A stretch of DNA of 59,889 nt, the filler included. It is 7 parts of 7 records of this genome, joined end to end, with 100 filler letters (N's around TTAATTAATTAA, not from the genome) between each part and the next. Parts side by side here need not be neighbours in the genome. Positions count along the whole stretch, not along the records: positions 15,610 to 21,239 come from SRR31156797_18628; positions 21,340 to 35,259 come from SRR31156797_18646; 5 more parts are not named here. One strand, given 5' to 3'. The translations under genes and the position numbers were made by a program. The notes under the pieces are model-generated. The model searched no databases. It was not told where the DNA came from and saw nothing but the letters and a program-made list of their open reading frames with translations. Positions 19,142-29,095 of the stretch are shown here, piece by piece (position 1 is the first letter of the stretch; each line of letters starts with the position of its first letter).

Positions 19142-21016
19142 TCAAAATTTAAATCCCTTAAAAGAATGTGGTTTTAAAGTTACTTTGGCAACTGAAACAT
19201 CTTTCCCCAGTTTACGTCCCCAAAAAGTTGGTGCTTCCCGCAATTCTGTTTTCATACTCTCCCCGCTGTTCAAATCAGTTATCATTTTTACATCTTTGTC
19301 TAGTATCAGGTTAAAAGTAACCTCGTCATCTAAAAACGACTCAACTATACAAGTGTTGTTATCGTATACAAACAAACTTACTTCGCCGGGTGCCTCTAAT
19401 CTTACTTTCATACTTCCGGCAATTTCTGTTCGGATTCTATCCAGAATGGAAGATGGAAGGATATATAAATCGATAAAATTATCGGGAATGGTAAGCACAA
19501 AAAACTGTCCTTTCGAATAATCGGCGCGGTGAAGTATTGGCCATCCATTTGTATCGTCGAGTGCTGAAACTATTTCCCACGAATCGTTTGTTAAATAATT
19601 AATTTGAGGAATTATTATTTCTTTTTCAATTTTAACTGCCGGTGCATAGCCAGCAACAAACTCACTTACACTTGCTTTTCTATTGGTTACGCGAAGCTCA
19701 ACAATGTCCTCAATTCCTTTTCCCTGCATGGCTTTATAAAATCCGGAAGTAACCACAACATTGTTACCTGTCTGTAATTGTTTCTGAATTTTTGAAACGA
19801 TATTCGAATCAAATGAAGCAGTTTCTGTCAGCAAAACAATAGGTTCATTTTCAGGAAATTCAGGCACCATTTCAATTGGAATGCCTATCATCCCAAGAAA
19901 ATTCTGCAAAAAATCTTCACCTACAGAATGATATGGTTTGTAACTTTTTATTCCTACCGGATTTCCAATTTCACCAATTAATTTATCTACTATTTCAAGC
20001 GAATAACCTGCCACTCTCGAAAATTTCGTTGGAGTAAACATTGTTCCGTCTTCTTGTTTAATCGGTTTTTTCATTTCATCGAAATCGAAACTTGTTCCTG
20101 TTCCCTGCCATGATGCACGTGCATTATCGCTAAAAGGAATTTGCATCTGACGAATATCGAAAAGGGTAATCTCGGGTGCCTTCGCAAATAAAGTAAGCCA
20201 CAATTGTTCTGCGTAACGATCGAGTGGATTACCACCGCCGGTATCGACCCAGCCACCTTTGTTTTTACCGGGTTTCAGATTTTCGTAATACCTAAATACA
20301 TTATAACCTAAATATTGCTGCAAATGCTGGTTCCCGGAACGATTGCGAGTTTCTGTTCCGGTATAAAGGCCGTCGAAAAGCGAAGGCTCTTCCTCCAGAT
20401 TAAATCCCAATCCCTGAAAATGTTCGTACCAGTTTGGATATTTTATAATTACTTCAACATTAGGATTTACAGCTTTCGCCGGATTTATTACCAAATCTAC
20501 AGCGGCATTTTTCATCAATTCCAATCGGTATTCAGTCCAGCTTTTATCTCCTTTTGCTTCTATGCATAAATCGCATTTACAACTGGTAAAGAAAAAATCG
20601 TCGAGAATAAATTCATCGAAATGTTTTGCGGTGTGTTCAGCAATTTCGCGTACTTTTTTTCGGTCTTCTGGTTTGGTATAACAAAACGTTTGAAAATTAT
20701 TGCTTTCGTCGATGGTATACGTAATTCCTCCTCCCACTTTCACGCCTTTTTCTTCAAAAAACTGAATGGCCGTTTCCAACGTTTTATCGTTTACAATTAA
20801 AAGGTCGCGATGTGTTTCGAGATAAATTTTATCGACATGAACCTGCGCGGATAGTTCATCCCAAACTGGAGTAAGCCAGTTCAGATCGCCCATCTTTTCC
20901 ACTTCGTATGCCCTGCAATAAACTGCTACATTAAAATTTTCATACTTCTGGGCAAAAGCAAACTGACCTGTAAAAACAAACAGGAAAACCGATGTAATAA
21001 TTAACAGATTTTTCAT
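19142..21016 (-). CDS. Secreted uncharacterised protein, possibly glycoside-hydrolase-like TIM barrel
   Basis: Signal peptide ending AFA-Q; YLETHR, FILDDFFF, IIKYPNWYEHF and GTETR motifs; beta-rich C-terminus. Confidence 0.5.
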   Translation of the reverse strand: MKNLLIITSVFLFVFTGQFAFAQKYENFNVAVYCRAYEVEKMGDLNWLTPVWDELSAQVHVDKIYLETHRDLLIVNDKTLETAIQFFEEKGVKVGGGITYTIDESNNFQTFCYTKPEDRKKVREIAEHTAKHFDEFILDDFFFTSCKCDLCIEAKGDKSWTEYRLELMKNAAVDLVINPAKAVNPNVEVIIKYPNWYEHFQGLGFNLEEEPSLFDGLYTGTETRNRSGNQHLQQYLGYNVFRYYENLKPGKNKGGWVDTGGGNPLDRYAEQLWLTLFAKAPEITLFDIRQMQIPFSDNARASWQGTGTSFDFDEMKKPIKQEDGTMFTPTKFSRVAGYSLEIVDKLIGEIGNPVGIKSYKPYHSVGEDFLQNFLGMIGIPIEMVPEFPENEPIVLLTETASFDSNIVSKIQKQLQTGNNVVVTSGFYKAMQGKGIEDIVELRVTNRKASVSEFVAGYAPAVKIEKEIIIPQINYLTNDSWEIVSALDDTNGWPILHRADYSKGQFFVLTIPDNFIDLYILPSSILDRIRTEIAGSMKVRLEAPGEVSLFVYDNNTCIVESFLDDEVTFNLILDKDVKMITDLNSGESMKTELREAPTFWGRKLGKDVSVAKVTLKPHSFKGFKF

Positions 21017-21239
21017 TGGAATTGGTTTAGTTAGTTTAATAAAGCACGACCAGAAAACCTAAGACTTATTCCAGAAAAAAAAAAAGCAGAATACTTTCTT
21101 TTCGAAAAGGTTATAGTCAGCGCTTTTCAAAAATAGTAAATAAAGAGGAAGTTATTGTTGTTTTAACAATAAAACTTTTTCGAGTAGTTTATTTTTGAGA
21201 TCTTTATCCAAAATCAAAAACAAGATCGGTTTGCATTCC

Positions 21240-21339
21240 NNNNNNNNNNNNNNNNNNNNNNNNNNNNNNNNNNNNNNNNNNNNTTAATTAATTAANNNNN
21301 NNNNNNNNNNNNNNNNNNNNNNNNNNNNNNNNNNNNNNN
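21240..21339. other. Artificial contig spacer
   Basis: N44-TTAATTAATTAA-N44. Confidence 0.99.
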
Positions 21340-21936
21340 TGGTGACCATGCACCACCTGCATTTGCAGCTACAACGATATTAATAGCACCTGGAACTAAG
21401 AAATCTTTTCTTGATTTTTCAATAGTAATTAATACAGTTGATAAAATAAGAGCAGTAGTTAAGTTATCTGCGATTGGTGAGATAAAGAACGCTAAAATAC
21501 CAGTTACCCAGAAAAGTTTTCTATATGTATAACCTTTAGAGATAAGATTGTATTTTAATCTATCAAATACTCCCATATGAATCAATGACTCAATATAAGT
21601 CATCGCAACAAAAAGGAAGAAGAATATTTCAGCAATTTCCAATATCAAGTGTTGAGCCTGAACATGAACTAAGTCCATATTTAAGTGATTTAGGCTGTAA
21701 TAAAGTGCAACCAAAATAAACATAAATGTACCAATAAAAAGCGCAGGCTTTGCCTTATCTATTTCATATTTTTCCTCTGCAGCTACAAAGTAATACCCGA
21801 CAACAAAAATAAATAAACAAGCAAACCCTACCCAAGTCATAGTTAGGTCTGGTGCAACTTCAGTTGATGCGGCTCCTCCTCCGCTTGCTAATAAAGCTAT
21901 AGATGATAACAATAGTGTCATCAATATCTTCAACAT
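21340..21936 (-). CDS. nhaD: NhaD-family Na+/H+ antiporter, 3' truncated
   Basis: KAKPAL, EIFFFLFVAMTYIE, SPIADNLTTAL and AANAGGAWSP. Confidence 0.9.
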
Positions 21937-23387
21937 TTTTTCTCCTTAATAAAGTGTGCTCCAAGAGACTCTTTTCTGTCTAATGCAGCTGATAAAATAG
22001 ATTTTGCCGTAAGCAACCTTAAATATAGTAGTCTTCCAATGTCTTCCTTTAGAAAATTATTTATCTCTTCAAGGGCACTTTTTAGAGACTCTTCATCTCT
22101 AACTATAGCCGCGTGTTGCCACATAAGTTTTCTTACTCTATCTTTAATATCTTTATCTATTATTTTATTTCTAGTATAAAATTTTAACTCTTTTGTATAC
22201 TGAGATTTATCTACTTTAAAATCCTCTTTCATACTATTTTCAACAGCTAATTTTGAAAATACTATACCTTCTAAAAGAGAGTTTGAAGCTAATCTGTTTG
22301 CACCATGAACACCAGTGCAAGCAGCTTCACCAACTGCATATAAGTTTTTCATACCTAAAACTTTTGCATTCATATCTGTTGCTATTCCACCCATTGCATA
22401 GTGAAAGGCAGGAGAGATTGGAACTTTTTCAAAAGGTAAGTCATAACCCAAATCTTCAAAGTTAGCATAGATATTTGGGAATCTCTTTCTAAACCATTTC
22501 TTTTCAAACTTGTCAAATGAAAGGTAGATATTAGAACCTGTTTTTTTGTGGTAATCAAATATAGACCTACTTACCACATCTCTTGGAGCTAGTTCTCCAT
22601 CTTTGTGATAATCAAACAAAAATCTATAATCATTGTCATCTACAATATAAGCACCCTCACCCCTTAAAGCTTCAGTTAGTAAAGTTTTTCTGGCAAAAGA
22701 TGTACCTTTAAATACTGTTGGGTGAAACTGCATCATCTCCATATCTTTTAATTCAATTCCTTTTTCTATACAAATTCCTTGAACTTCTCCTGCAACTGTT
22801 GTCGAGTTTGTGTGATATTTATAAATCGACCCAACTCCACCACTTGCAATAATAGTATTATGTGCATATGCAACTTTTTCTTCAGTTTCACTTACGAAGT
22901 ATTTAACTCCATAGCAAATTCCATTCTCAATAAGTAAATCATTAACTACACAATTTGTTTCTAAAGTATGAGGAAATTGACTTAATAAAAATAGATGAAT
23001 CATTCTTCCTGTTGCATCACCGTCTGCATGCAAAATTCTATTTCTACTATGAGCTGCTTCTTTTGTAAAGGCTAATTCACCTTTATCATTTAAGTCAAAC
23101 TCTAAGCCACTTTCAACTAAATCATCAATAGCTTTTCTAGAGTTTTCACTTAAAACTGTTACTGCTTCTATGTTGTTGTGATTTACACCTGCTTCTAATG
23201 TGTCATGGATATGATCTGGAATATCTTCCTTATCAACAGCAGTTGCAACTCCACCTTGAGCCCAGAAAGTGTTAGCTTCCCAAGGCTCTTTTTTACATAA
23301 AACTAATACATTTTTTGATTTTGGTAGTAATCGTGCAGCATTTAATCCTGCTACCCCTGAACCAATAATAATATAATCGTAAACCAT
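21930..23387 (-). CDS. nadB: L-aspartate oxidase
   Basis: IIGSGVAGL, WAQGG, EAAHSRNRILH, QFHPT, TEALRGEG, ELAPRDVVSR and GVHGANRLASNSLLE. Confidence 0.95.
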   Translation of the reverse strand: MVYDYIIIGSGVAGLNAARLLPKSKNVLVLCKKEPWEANTFWAQGGVATAVDKEDIPDHIHDTLEAGVNHNNIEAVTVLSENSRKAIDDLVESGLEFDLNDKGELAFTKEAAHSRNRILHADGDATGRMIHLFLLSQFPHTLETNCVVNDLLIENGICYGVKYFVSETEEKVAYAHNTIIASGGVGSIYKYHTNSTTVAGEVQGICIEKGIELKDMEMMQFHPTVFKGTSFARKTLLTEALRGEGAYIVDDNDYRFLFDYHKDGELAPRDVVSRSIFDYHKKTGSNIYLSFDKFEKKWFRKRFPNIYANFEDLGYDLPFEKVPISPAFHYAMGGIATDMNAKVLGMKNLYAVGEAACTGVHGANRLASNSLLEGIVFSKLAVENSMKEDFKVDKSQYTKELKFYTRNKIIDKDIKDRVRKLMWQHAAIVRDEESLKSALEEINNFLKEDIGRLLYLRLLTAKSILSAALDRKESLGAHFIKEKKC

Positions 23388-23512
23388 TATTTTGATACTT
23401 CCTGTTGCTTTTCAACATACTTTGGAGGTGCTTTATATCCGCATCCACTTAAAGATAATAAAACTCCTGCTATAATAAGTACATGAAAAAAATGAGTGAA
23501 ATTCTTTATCAT
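23387..23512 (-). CDS. 41-aa lipoprotein (LptM/YifL-like CGYKAPP motif), missed by the ORF track
   Basis: MIKNFTHFFHVLIIAGVLLSLSGCGYKAPPKYVEKQQEVSK*; lipobox LSGC; its stop overlaps the nadB start (TAATG). Confidence 0.75.
   Translation of the reverse strand: MIKNFTHFFHVLIIAGVLLSLSGCGYKAPPKYVEKQQEVSK
23468..23476 (+). promoter_or_regulatory. Extended -10 promoter (TGnTATAAT) 6 nt before the ATG at 23483; likely leaderless transcript
   Basis: TGCTATAAT-AAGTAC-ATG with no SD. Confidence 0.6.
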
Positions 23513-23899
23513 CTTAAAAATAATCCTGAATTCAGAAGGATTAATACGCAAGAAACTATTCAAAAGTTTCTAGAGTTGTTACCGCCTAAAATGAAAAAGG
23601 GGGTAAAGTTCGCATATATACGAAAACAAATACTCTTTTTTGTACTAACACATCCTGTTTATAAAATGGAGTTCGAGTATAACAAGAGTTTGATAAATGA
23701 CTTATTAAAAAGGTCTAATATTGCAAATGTAGATGAAGTAAGGTTTTTTGTTACTAATAAAATAGAAAAAAAACAAAAGCCTATTATCATTGAAAACAAC
23801 TTTGAAGAGAGGTCTCACGGGATTTTTCAAAACAAACTAAGTGATGAAAACCTTCATCAAAAATTTGAAGAGATAAGAGAAATTATAAAGAGTTCTTAA
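23483..23899 (+). CDS. DUF721 / DciA-like protein
   Basis: 138-aa basic protein; VKFAYIRKQILFFVLTHPVYKMEF resembles the KH-like DciA core. Confidence 0.6.
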   Translation: MKKMSEILYHLKNNPEFRRINTQETIQKFLELLPPKMKKGVKFAYIRKQILFFVLTHPVYKMEFEYNKSLINDLLKRSNIANVDEVRFFVTNKIEKKQKPIIIENNFEERSHGIFQNKLSDENLHQKFEEIREIIKSS

Positions 23900-24470
23900 A
23901 CTCTTTTTCTCTTATTTTATAATCATTACAATAAACTTCTACCAAATCCCAAAACTTTTTTGAGTGGTTTTTATGTTCTATATGTGCTAATTCATGAACA
24001 ACTACATACTCTATCAATCTAATTGGAAACTTCATCAAAAGAATATTAAAATTTAATTCATTTTTATAGTTACAACTTCCCCAGGTTTTTTTGTTTTTTC
24101 TAAATTTTATTGCTGTTGGTTTTAAATTCATAAGTTCAGAATACTCTTTTACAAGTGGTGGAATAATCTTTTTTGCTTCATTTCTATAAAACTTATCTAC
24201 ATCCCTTGAATCAAGATTTTTATGCTTTACTCCCAAATACATAAATTCATCATCTTCTAAAGAGTTTCTTTTTAATCTTGAAAGGTTTTTTTCTAACCAT
24301 TCTATTTTGTTTTCTATTAGCCTTTGGGCATCACTTTTTGAAAAAAATATATTTGAGTTAATTTGTATTAAATCTGGGGAAATTAGCTTTAAGTAGGTAT
24401 GTTTCATATTCTTTTTATTTACTAATTTGACGGTAACCTTTTTATTGTTAATATATGTTGAAAAATTCAA
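23883..24470 (-). CDS. M48/SprT-like YgjP-family metallohydrolase
   Basis: KTWGSC, IEYVVVHELAH and NHSKKFW; TTG at 24470 with SD AAGGA preferred over the track start at 24605, which overlaps the next gene. Confidence 0.88.
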   Translation of the reverse strand: MNFSTYINNKKVTVKLVNKKNMKHTYLKLISPDLIQINSNIFFSKSDAQRLIENKIEWLEKNLSRLKRNSLEDDEFMYLGVKHKNLDSRDVDKFYRNEAKKIIPPLVKEYSELMNLKPTAIKFRKNKKTWGSCNYKNELNFNILLMKFPIRLIEYVVVHELAHIEHKNHSKKFWDLVEVYCNDYKIREKEFKNSL

Positions 24471-24559
24471 GCTAATCCTTAAGTTAATTTTGGTTATACT
24501 CCACGAAATATTATGTCTCATAATATTAACATATTGAAAATTATTAGAGGAATAAACTA

Positions 24560-25726
24560 ATGAAAATTGCGCAAAGAATGGAGAATTTATCTCCGTCGGT
24601 AACAATGGCTATTACTGCTTTAGGTAGAGAACTTAAAGCGCAAGGTAGAGACATTTTAAGTTTCAGTGCTGGTGAACCAGATTTTGATACACCAGAAATC
24701 ATCAAAGACGCGGCTATAAAAGCAATTAAAGATGGTTATACAAAGTATACCGCTGTTGAAGGTATTACTGAAACTAAGCAAGCAATTATTAATAAATTAA
24801 AAAAAGACCATGGATTAAATTATGAATTAAATCATATCGTAATTAGCAATGGAGCAAAACACTCACTATTTAACTTATGTCAACTTCTTATTGAAGAAGG
24901 AGATGAAGTTATTATTCCTGCTCCTTATTGGGTTACATATCCAGAACAAGTTAAATTTTCTGATGGAGTTCCAGTATTTATTGATACAGATGAATCTACA
25001 GAATTTAAAATGACTGCTGAGCAATTAAAAGCAGCAATCACTCCTAAAACAAAAGCTATTATGCTAAATACTCCTTCAAACCCAACTGGAGCAGTATATT
25101 CTAAAGAAGAACTAGAAGCTATTGGAAAAGTTTTAGAAGGAACTGATATTCTTGTTTGGTCAGATGAGATGTATGAAAAAATTATGTATGATGGTAAAGA
25201 GTTCACAGCAGCGGCTAGTATTAGTGAAGATATGTACCAAAGAACAATCACAATCAACGGACTAAGTAAAGCAGTTGCTATGACTGGATGGAGATTTGGT
25301 TATATTGCAACTCCTAAAATTGAGATTGTAAAAGCGATGATTAAATTACAAGGGCAAGTTACTTCAAATGTAAATTCTGTAACTCAACATGCAGCTATTC
25401 CTGCACTTGAAGGTGCAGCAGATGCAGATATCGAGATGATGAGAAAAGCATTCGAAAAAAGAAGAGATATTGCTGTTGCTTCATTTAATGATATTAAAGG
25501 CGTAACTTGTTTTAACCCACAAGGTGCTTTTTACTTATTTGTAAATATTAAAGAGGTGACTCCTGATTCAATGAAATTTGCAGCAGACCTTTTAGAAGAC
25601 AAAGGTGTTGCTGTAGTTCCTGGACTTGCATTTGGGTTAGAAGGTTACTTTAGATTCTCTTTTGCTACTGACTTAGAAAGTATTCAAGAGGGAATAAAAA
25701 GAATTAAAGATTTCATAGAAAAATAA
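24560..25726 (+). CDS. PLP-dependent class I/II aminotransferase (aspartate aminotransferase-like)
   Basis: GEPDFDTP, NGAKHSL, PSNPTG, SDEMY, GLSKAVAMTGWRFGY and GAFY. Confidence 0.93.
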   Translation: MKIAQRMENLSPSVTMAITALGRELKAQGRDILSFSAGEPDFDTPEIIKDAAIKAIKDGYTKYTAVEGITETKQAIINKLKKDHGLNYELNHIVISNGAKHSLFNLCQLLIEEGDEVIIPAPYWVTYPEQVKFSDGVPVFIDTDESTEFKMTAEQLKAAITPKTKAIMLNTPSNPTGAVYSKEELEAIGKVLEGTDILVWSDEMYEKIMYDGKEFTAAASISEDMYQRTITINGLSKAVAMTGWRFGYIATPKIEIVKAMIKLQGQVTSNVNSVTQHAAIPALEGAADADIEMMRKAFEKRRDIAVASFNDIKGVTCFNPQGAFYLFVNIKEVTPDSMKFAADLLEDKGVAVVPGLAFGLEGYFRFSFATDLESIQEGIKRIKDFIEK

Positions 25727-25728
25727 AA

Positions 25729-26613
25729 ATGACTGCGCAAAAAAAAGCCACTTTAGTTTCAAGTAGTGTTGCAGCATTATTAACTCTTATTAAACTTGTT
25801 ATTGGAATAGCAAGTGGATCAGTTGCAGTTTTGGCTTCTGCAATTGATTCAGTATTAGATATGTTTGTATCTATATTTAACTACTTTGCTATCAACAACT
25901 CTGAAAAACCAGCAGATAAAACTTTTAATTATGGAAGAGGGAAAATTGAAGCTTTAGCTTCTGTGATAGAAGGTTCTATCATTACTGTTTCAGGATTATT
26001 TTTACTATATCAAGCTGTAAATAAAGCTATTAATAAAGAAGTTTCTCAGTACTTAAATATATCATTAACTGTGATGGTTATCTCTCTTATCATAACTATT
26101 GCACTTGTTATGTTTTTAAACTCTGTTGCTAAAAAAACAAATAATATGGTAATAAAAGCTGATGCTTTACACTATAAAACAGATGTATATACAAATATTG
26201 CTGTGTTAGTTTCTTTGATACTTGTAAACTTTACAGGGATTGAACTAATAGATGTAATTGTTGGTGGTGGAATTTCACTTTTTATCATCTATTCTGCTTT
26301 TGAACTTATTCAAGAAGGCATTTTAGTTTTACTAGATAGAGCTGTTGATGAGAAAATTGTAGAAGAGATAACAGAAATAATAAAAAAAGAGAAAAAAGTA
26401 AATACTCATCATTTACTAAAAACGAGAGAAGCAGGAAGTCAAACTTTTGTTGAAGTACACTTAGTATTTGACTGCTTGATTACACTAATGGATGCGCACA
26501 GAATATCTGATAGAATTGAAGATAAAATAAAAGCTATCGATGATAAAAGAGATTGGGTTATAAATGTTCACATGGATCCATATGATGATTTCGAAATAAA
26601 TGAAGATAAATAA
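25729..26613 (+). CDS. Cation diffusion facilitator (FieF-like) transporter
   Basis: SAIDSVLD, YGRGKIEALA, ADALHYKTD and C-terminal HMDP. Confidence 0.93.
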   Translation: MTAQKKATLVSSSVAALLTLIKLVIGIASGSVAVLASAIDSVLDMFVSIFNYFAINNSEKPADKTFNYGRGKIEALASVIEGSIITVSGLFLLYQAVNKAINKEVSQYLNISLTVMVISLIITIALVMFLNSVAKKTNNMVIKADALHYKTDVYTNIAVLVSLILVNFTGIELIDVIVGGGISLFIIYSAFELIQEGILVLLDRAVDEKIVEEITEIIKKEKKVNTHHLLKTREAGSQTFVEVHLVFDCLITLMDAHRISDRIEDKIKAIDDKRDWVINVHMDPYDDFEINEDK

Positions 26614-26743
26614 TTTATATTAGCTTATAATAATTTTTATAAATAATTATACAAAATAGTAAACAAAAAATAAACAAATAAACAATAAAAAACCTCAAAG
26701 TTATGATATAATCACACAAAAATTGTAATTTTAAAGGTTATAA

Positions 26744-29095
26744 ATGAACTATTTGAAAGTTTTAGGTTCAAGTGGTAGTAAGACAAAATTCTCTGGTACA
26801 ACTTGTTTTCAAGTCTATAAAGATATATTAATTGATGCAGGTAATGTATTAAATACATTGGGTGATGAAGCAATAAATATAAATCATATATTTCTAACCC
26901 ACTCACATTCAGACCACATACTTGACCTTCCTTTTTTTATAGATAACTTCTTTGAAAAAAGAGAAGAACCTTTAGTTGTTTATGCATCAAAAGAAACTAT
27001 TAACTCTTTAAAAAAACACACTTTCAATAATGAAATTTGGCCAGACTTTTCAAAAATAACACTTCTTAAGTCAGATAAAAAAGCACTTATATTTAAAGAA
27101 ATAGTTAAAGACCAAGAGATAAAAATTGGACCTATAAGTATTACAGCCATAGAAGCAAACCATATCCAAGGGGCATTTGGATTTTTAGTAAAAAAAGACA
27201 ATGATACTTCTTACATAATAAGTGGTGACACATATAAAAACCCTAAACTTTGGGAGTACATAAATGAAGATTCAAATATCAAATGTCTTATTGTAGAATG
27301 TTCTTTCCCATCAAATATGGAAGAACTTGCAAGAAACAGCAAACATATGACTCCCAAACTACTTGAAGAGGATATGAACGAAAACCTAAAAAGAGATGAC
27401 TTACAAATATTTACTTATCATCTAAAAAAGGCATATTATAAAAATGTTGAAAAAGAGTTATTAGAAAAAAACATATTTAAAAATGGTGGAAAAATCTTAA
27501 AAGATGAAGATGTCATTCATGTGGATACTGGTAATATTGAAACAAACTCAATTAGTGATGAAAAACTAAATAAAATCTTGGAAGTGAACTTAGAATTATC
27601 TAGTGAAATAGACAAAGAAAAACTTTTTGAAATGATTTTAACTCTTACAAGAGAATTAACTCACTGTGAAGCAGGTACTCTTTATATTATCTCAAAAGAC
27701 AAAAAACACTTAGACTTTAAAGTTGTACAAAATGAACCACTAAATATTTTTATGGGTGGAACAAAAGATGAGATTACATGGAACTCTCTACCTTTATATC
27801 TTGAAAATGGTGAAGAAAACAAAACAATGGTTGCAGTTGTTTCAGCATTGGAAAATAAGATTATAAATATCTCAAATGTATATGAAGAAAAATCATATAA
27901 CTTCGAAGGTGCAAAAGCTTTTGATGCAAATACAGGTTACCACTCACAAACCATGCTTGTAATTCCTCTTATAAATCACGAACAAGATGTTATTGGAGTT
28001 TTACAACTTATAAATAAAACAAAAGTTAGAGGTTCTGTAATTCCATTTAAACTTGAAGATGAAAGAATTATCAAAGCTTTTGCAGCTCAAGCTGCAATGG
28101 CTTTAACAAACAGCCTTTTAATAAATAGCTTAGAAGAATTTTTAAATGCCTTTGTACAAACAATTGCCCATGCAATTGATGCAAAATCAAAACACACAAG
28201 AAATCACATAGGAAAAGTTGCAAAAATTGCAAACTTTATAGCTAAAGCTATCCATGAGGATGATACTGTATATAAAAATGTAAAATACTCAAAGAATGAC
28301 TTTAGACAAATTGAACTTGCCGCACTGATGCATGACGTGGGTAAAATTTCAATGCCTGAATCTGTTATAGACAAGTCAACTAAGCTTGAAAAAATGCTTG
28401 ATAGAGTTGAACTAATAGAAGAAAGATTTGAAATATTAAAAAGAGATTTAGAAATCTCATATCTTAAAAATGAACTCTCAAAAGAAGACTTCGAAAAAGC
28501 TATTGAAAAAATAAATGAAGATTTAGCTTTTATAGAAAAAGTAAATATCGGTGGAGAGTTTATGCATGATAGTGATGTAGAAAGAGTTCAAAAGATTGGA
28601 AAACTAACTTATATTAAAAATGGTGTTGAATCTCATATTCTAGAAGAGGATGAAGTTTATAACTTAACTATTAGAAAAGGTACTTTAACTTCAGAAGAGA
28701 AGTTTATCATGAACAATCACGCTAAACTTACACTTGATATGTTATCTACTTTACCTTTCCCTAAAAAGTACAACAGAGTTCTAGATATAGCTTCTAATCA
28801 TCACGAAAAACTAAATGGGAAAGGATACCCAAGAGGACTAGATGAAACTCAACTAAGTTTAGAAGATAGAATTATGATTTTGGCTGATATTTTTGAAGCT
28901 TTAACTGCAAATGACAGACCATATAAAGATGGGAAAAAACTATCTGAAGTATTCAGAATCTTGTCTTTTATGGCAAAAGACCAAGAGATTGACCCTACTT
29001 TATTAAAGTTTTTTCATGAAAGTGAAGTTCTTCAACAATATATTAAAGAAGAACTAAAAGAGAATCAAATAGATAAATCAACTGTTGAATTATGA
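26744..29095 (+). CDS. MBL-fold (class II cNMP PDE-like)-GAF-HD-GYP phosphodiesterase
   Basis: THSHSDH, SGDT, VECSFP and HMTP (MBL); FDANTGYHSQTML...LQLINK (GAF); MHDVGK, HHEKLNGKGYP, ADIFEAL and RPYK (HD-GYP). Confidence 0.88.
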   Translation: MNYLKVLGSSGSKTKFSGTTCFQVYKDILIDAGNVLNTLGDEAININHIFLTHSHSDHILDLPFFIDNFFEKREEPLVVYASKETINSLKKHTFNNEIWPDFSKITLLKSDKKALIFKEIVKDQEIKIGPISITAIEANHIQGAFGFLVKKDNDTSYIISGDTYKNPKLWEYINEDSNIKCLIVECSFPSNMEELARNSKHMTPKLLEEDMNENLKRDDLQIFTYHLKKAYYKNVEKELLEKNIFKNGGKILKDEDVIHVDTGNIETNSISDEKLNKILEVNLELSSEIDKEKLFEMILTLTRELTHCEAGTLYIISKDKKHLDFKVVQNEPLNIFMGGTKDEITWNSLPLYLENGEENKTMVAVVSALENKIINISNVYEEKSYNFEGAKAFDANTGYHSQTMLVIPLINHEQDVIGVLQLINKTKVRGSVIPFKLEDERIIKAFAAQAAMALTNSLLINSLEEFLNAFVQTIAHAIDAKSKHTRNHIGKVAKIANFIAKAIHEDDTVYKNVKYSKNDFRQIELAALMHDVGKISMPESVIDKSTKLEKMLDRVELIEERFEILKRDLEISYLKNELSKEDFEKAIEKINEDLAFIEKVNIGGEFMHDSDVERVQKIGKLTYIKNGVESHILEEDEVYNLTIRKGTLTSEEKFIMNNHAKLTLDMLSTLPFPKKYNRVLDIASNHHEKLNGKGYPRGLDETQLSLEDRIMILADIFEALTANDRPYKDGKKLSEVFRILSFMAKDQEIDPTLLKFFHESEVLQQYIKEELKENQIDKSTVEL

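Noticed and set aside
24471-24605. N-terminal extension of the M48/YgjP ORF
   Set aside because: Overlaps the divergent aminotransferase start; an SD-supported TTG exists at 24470
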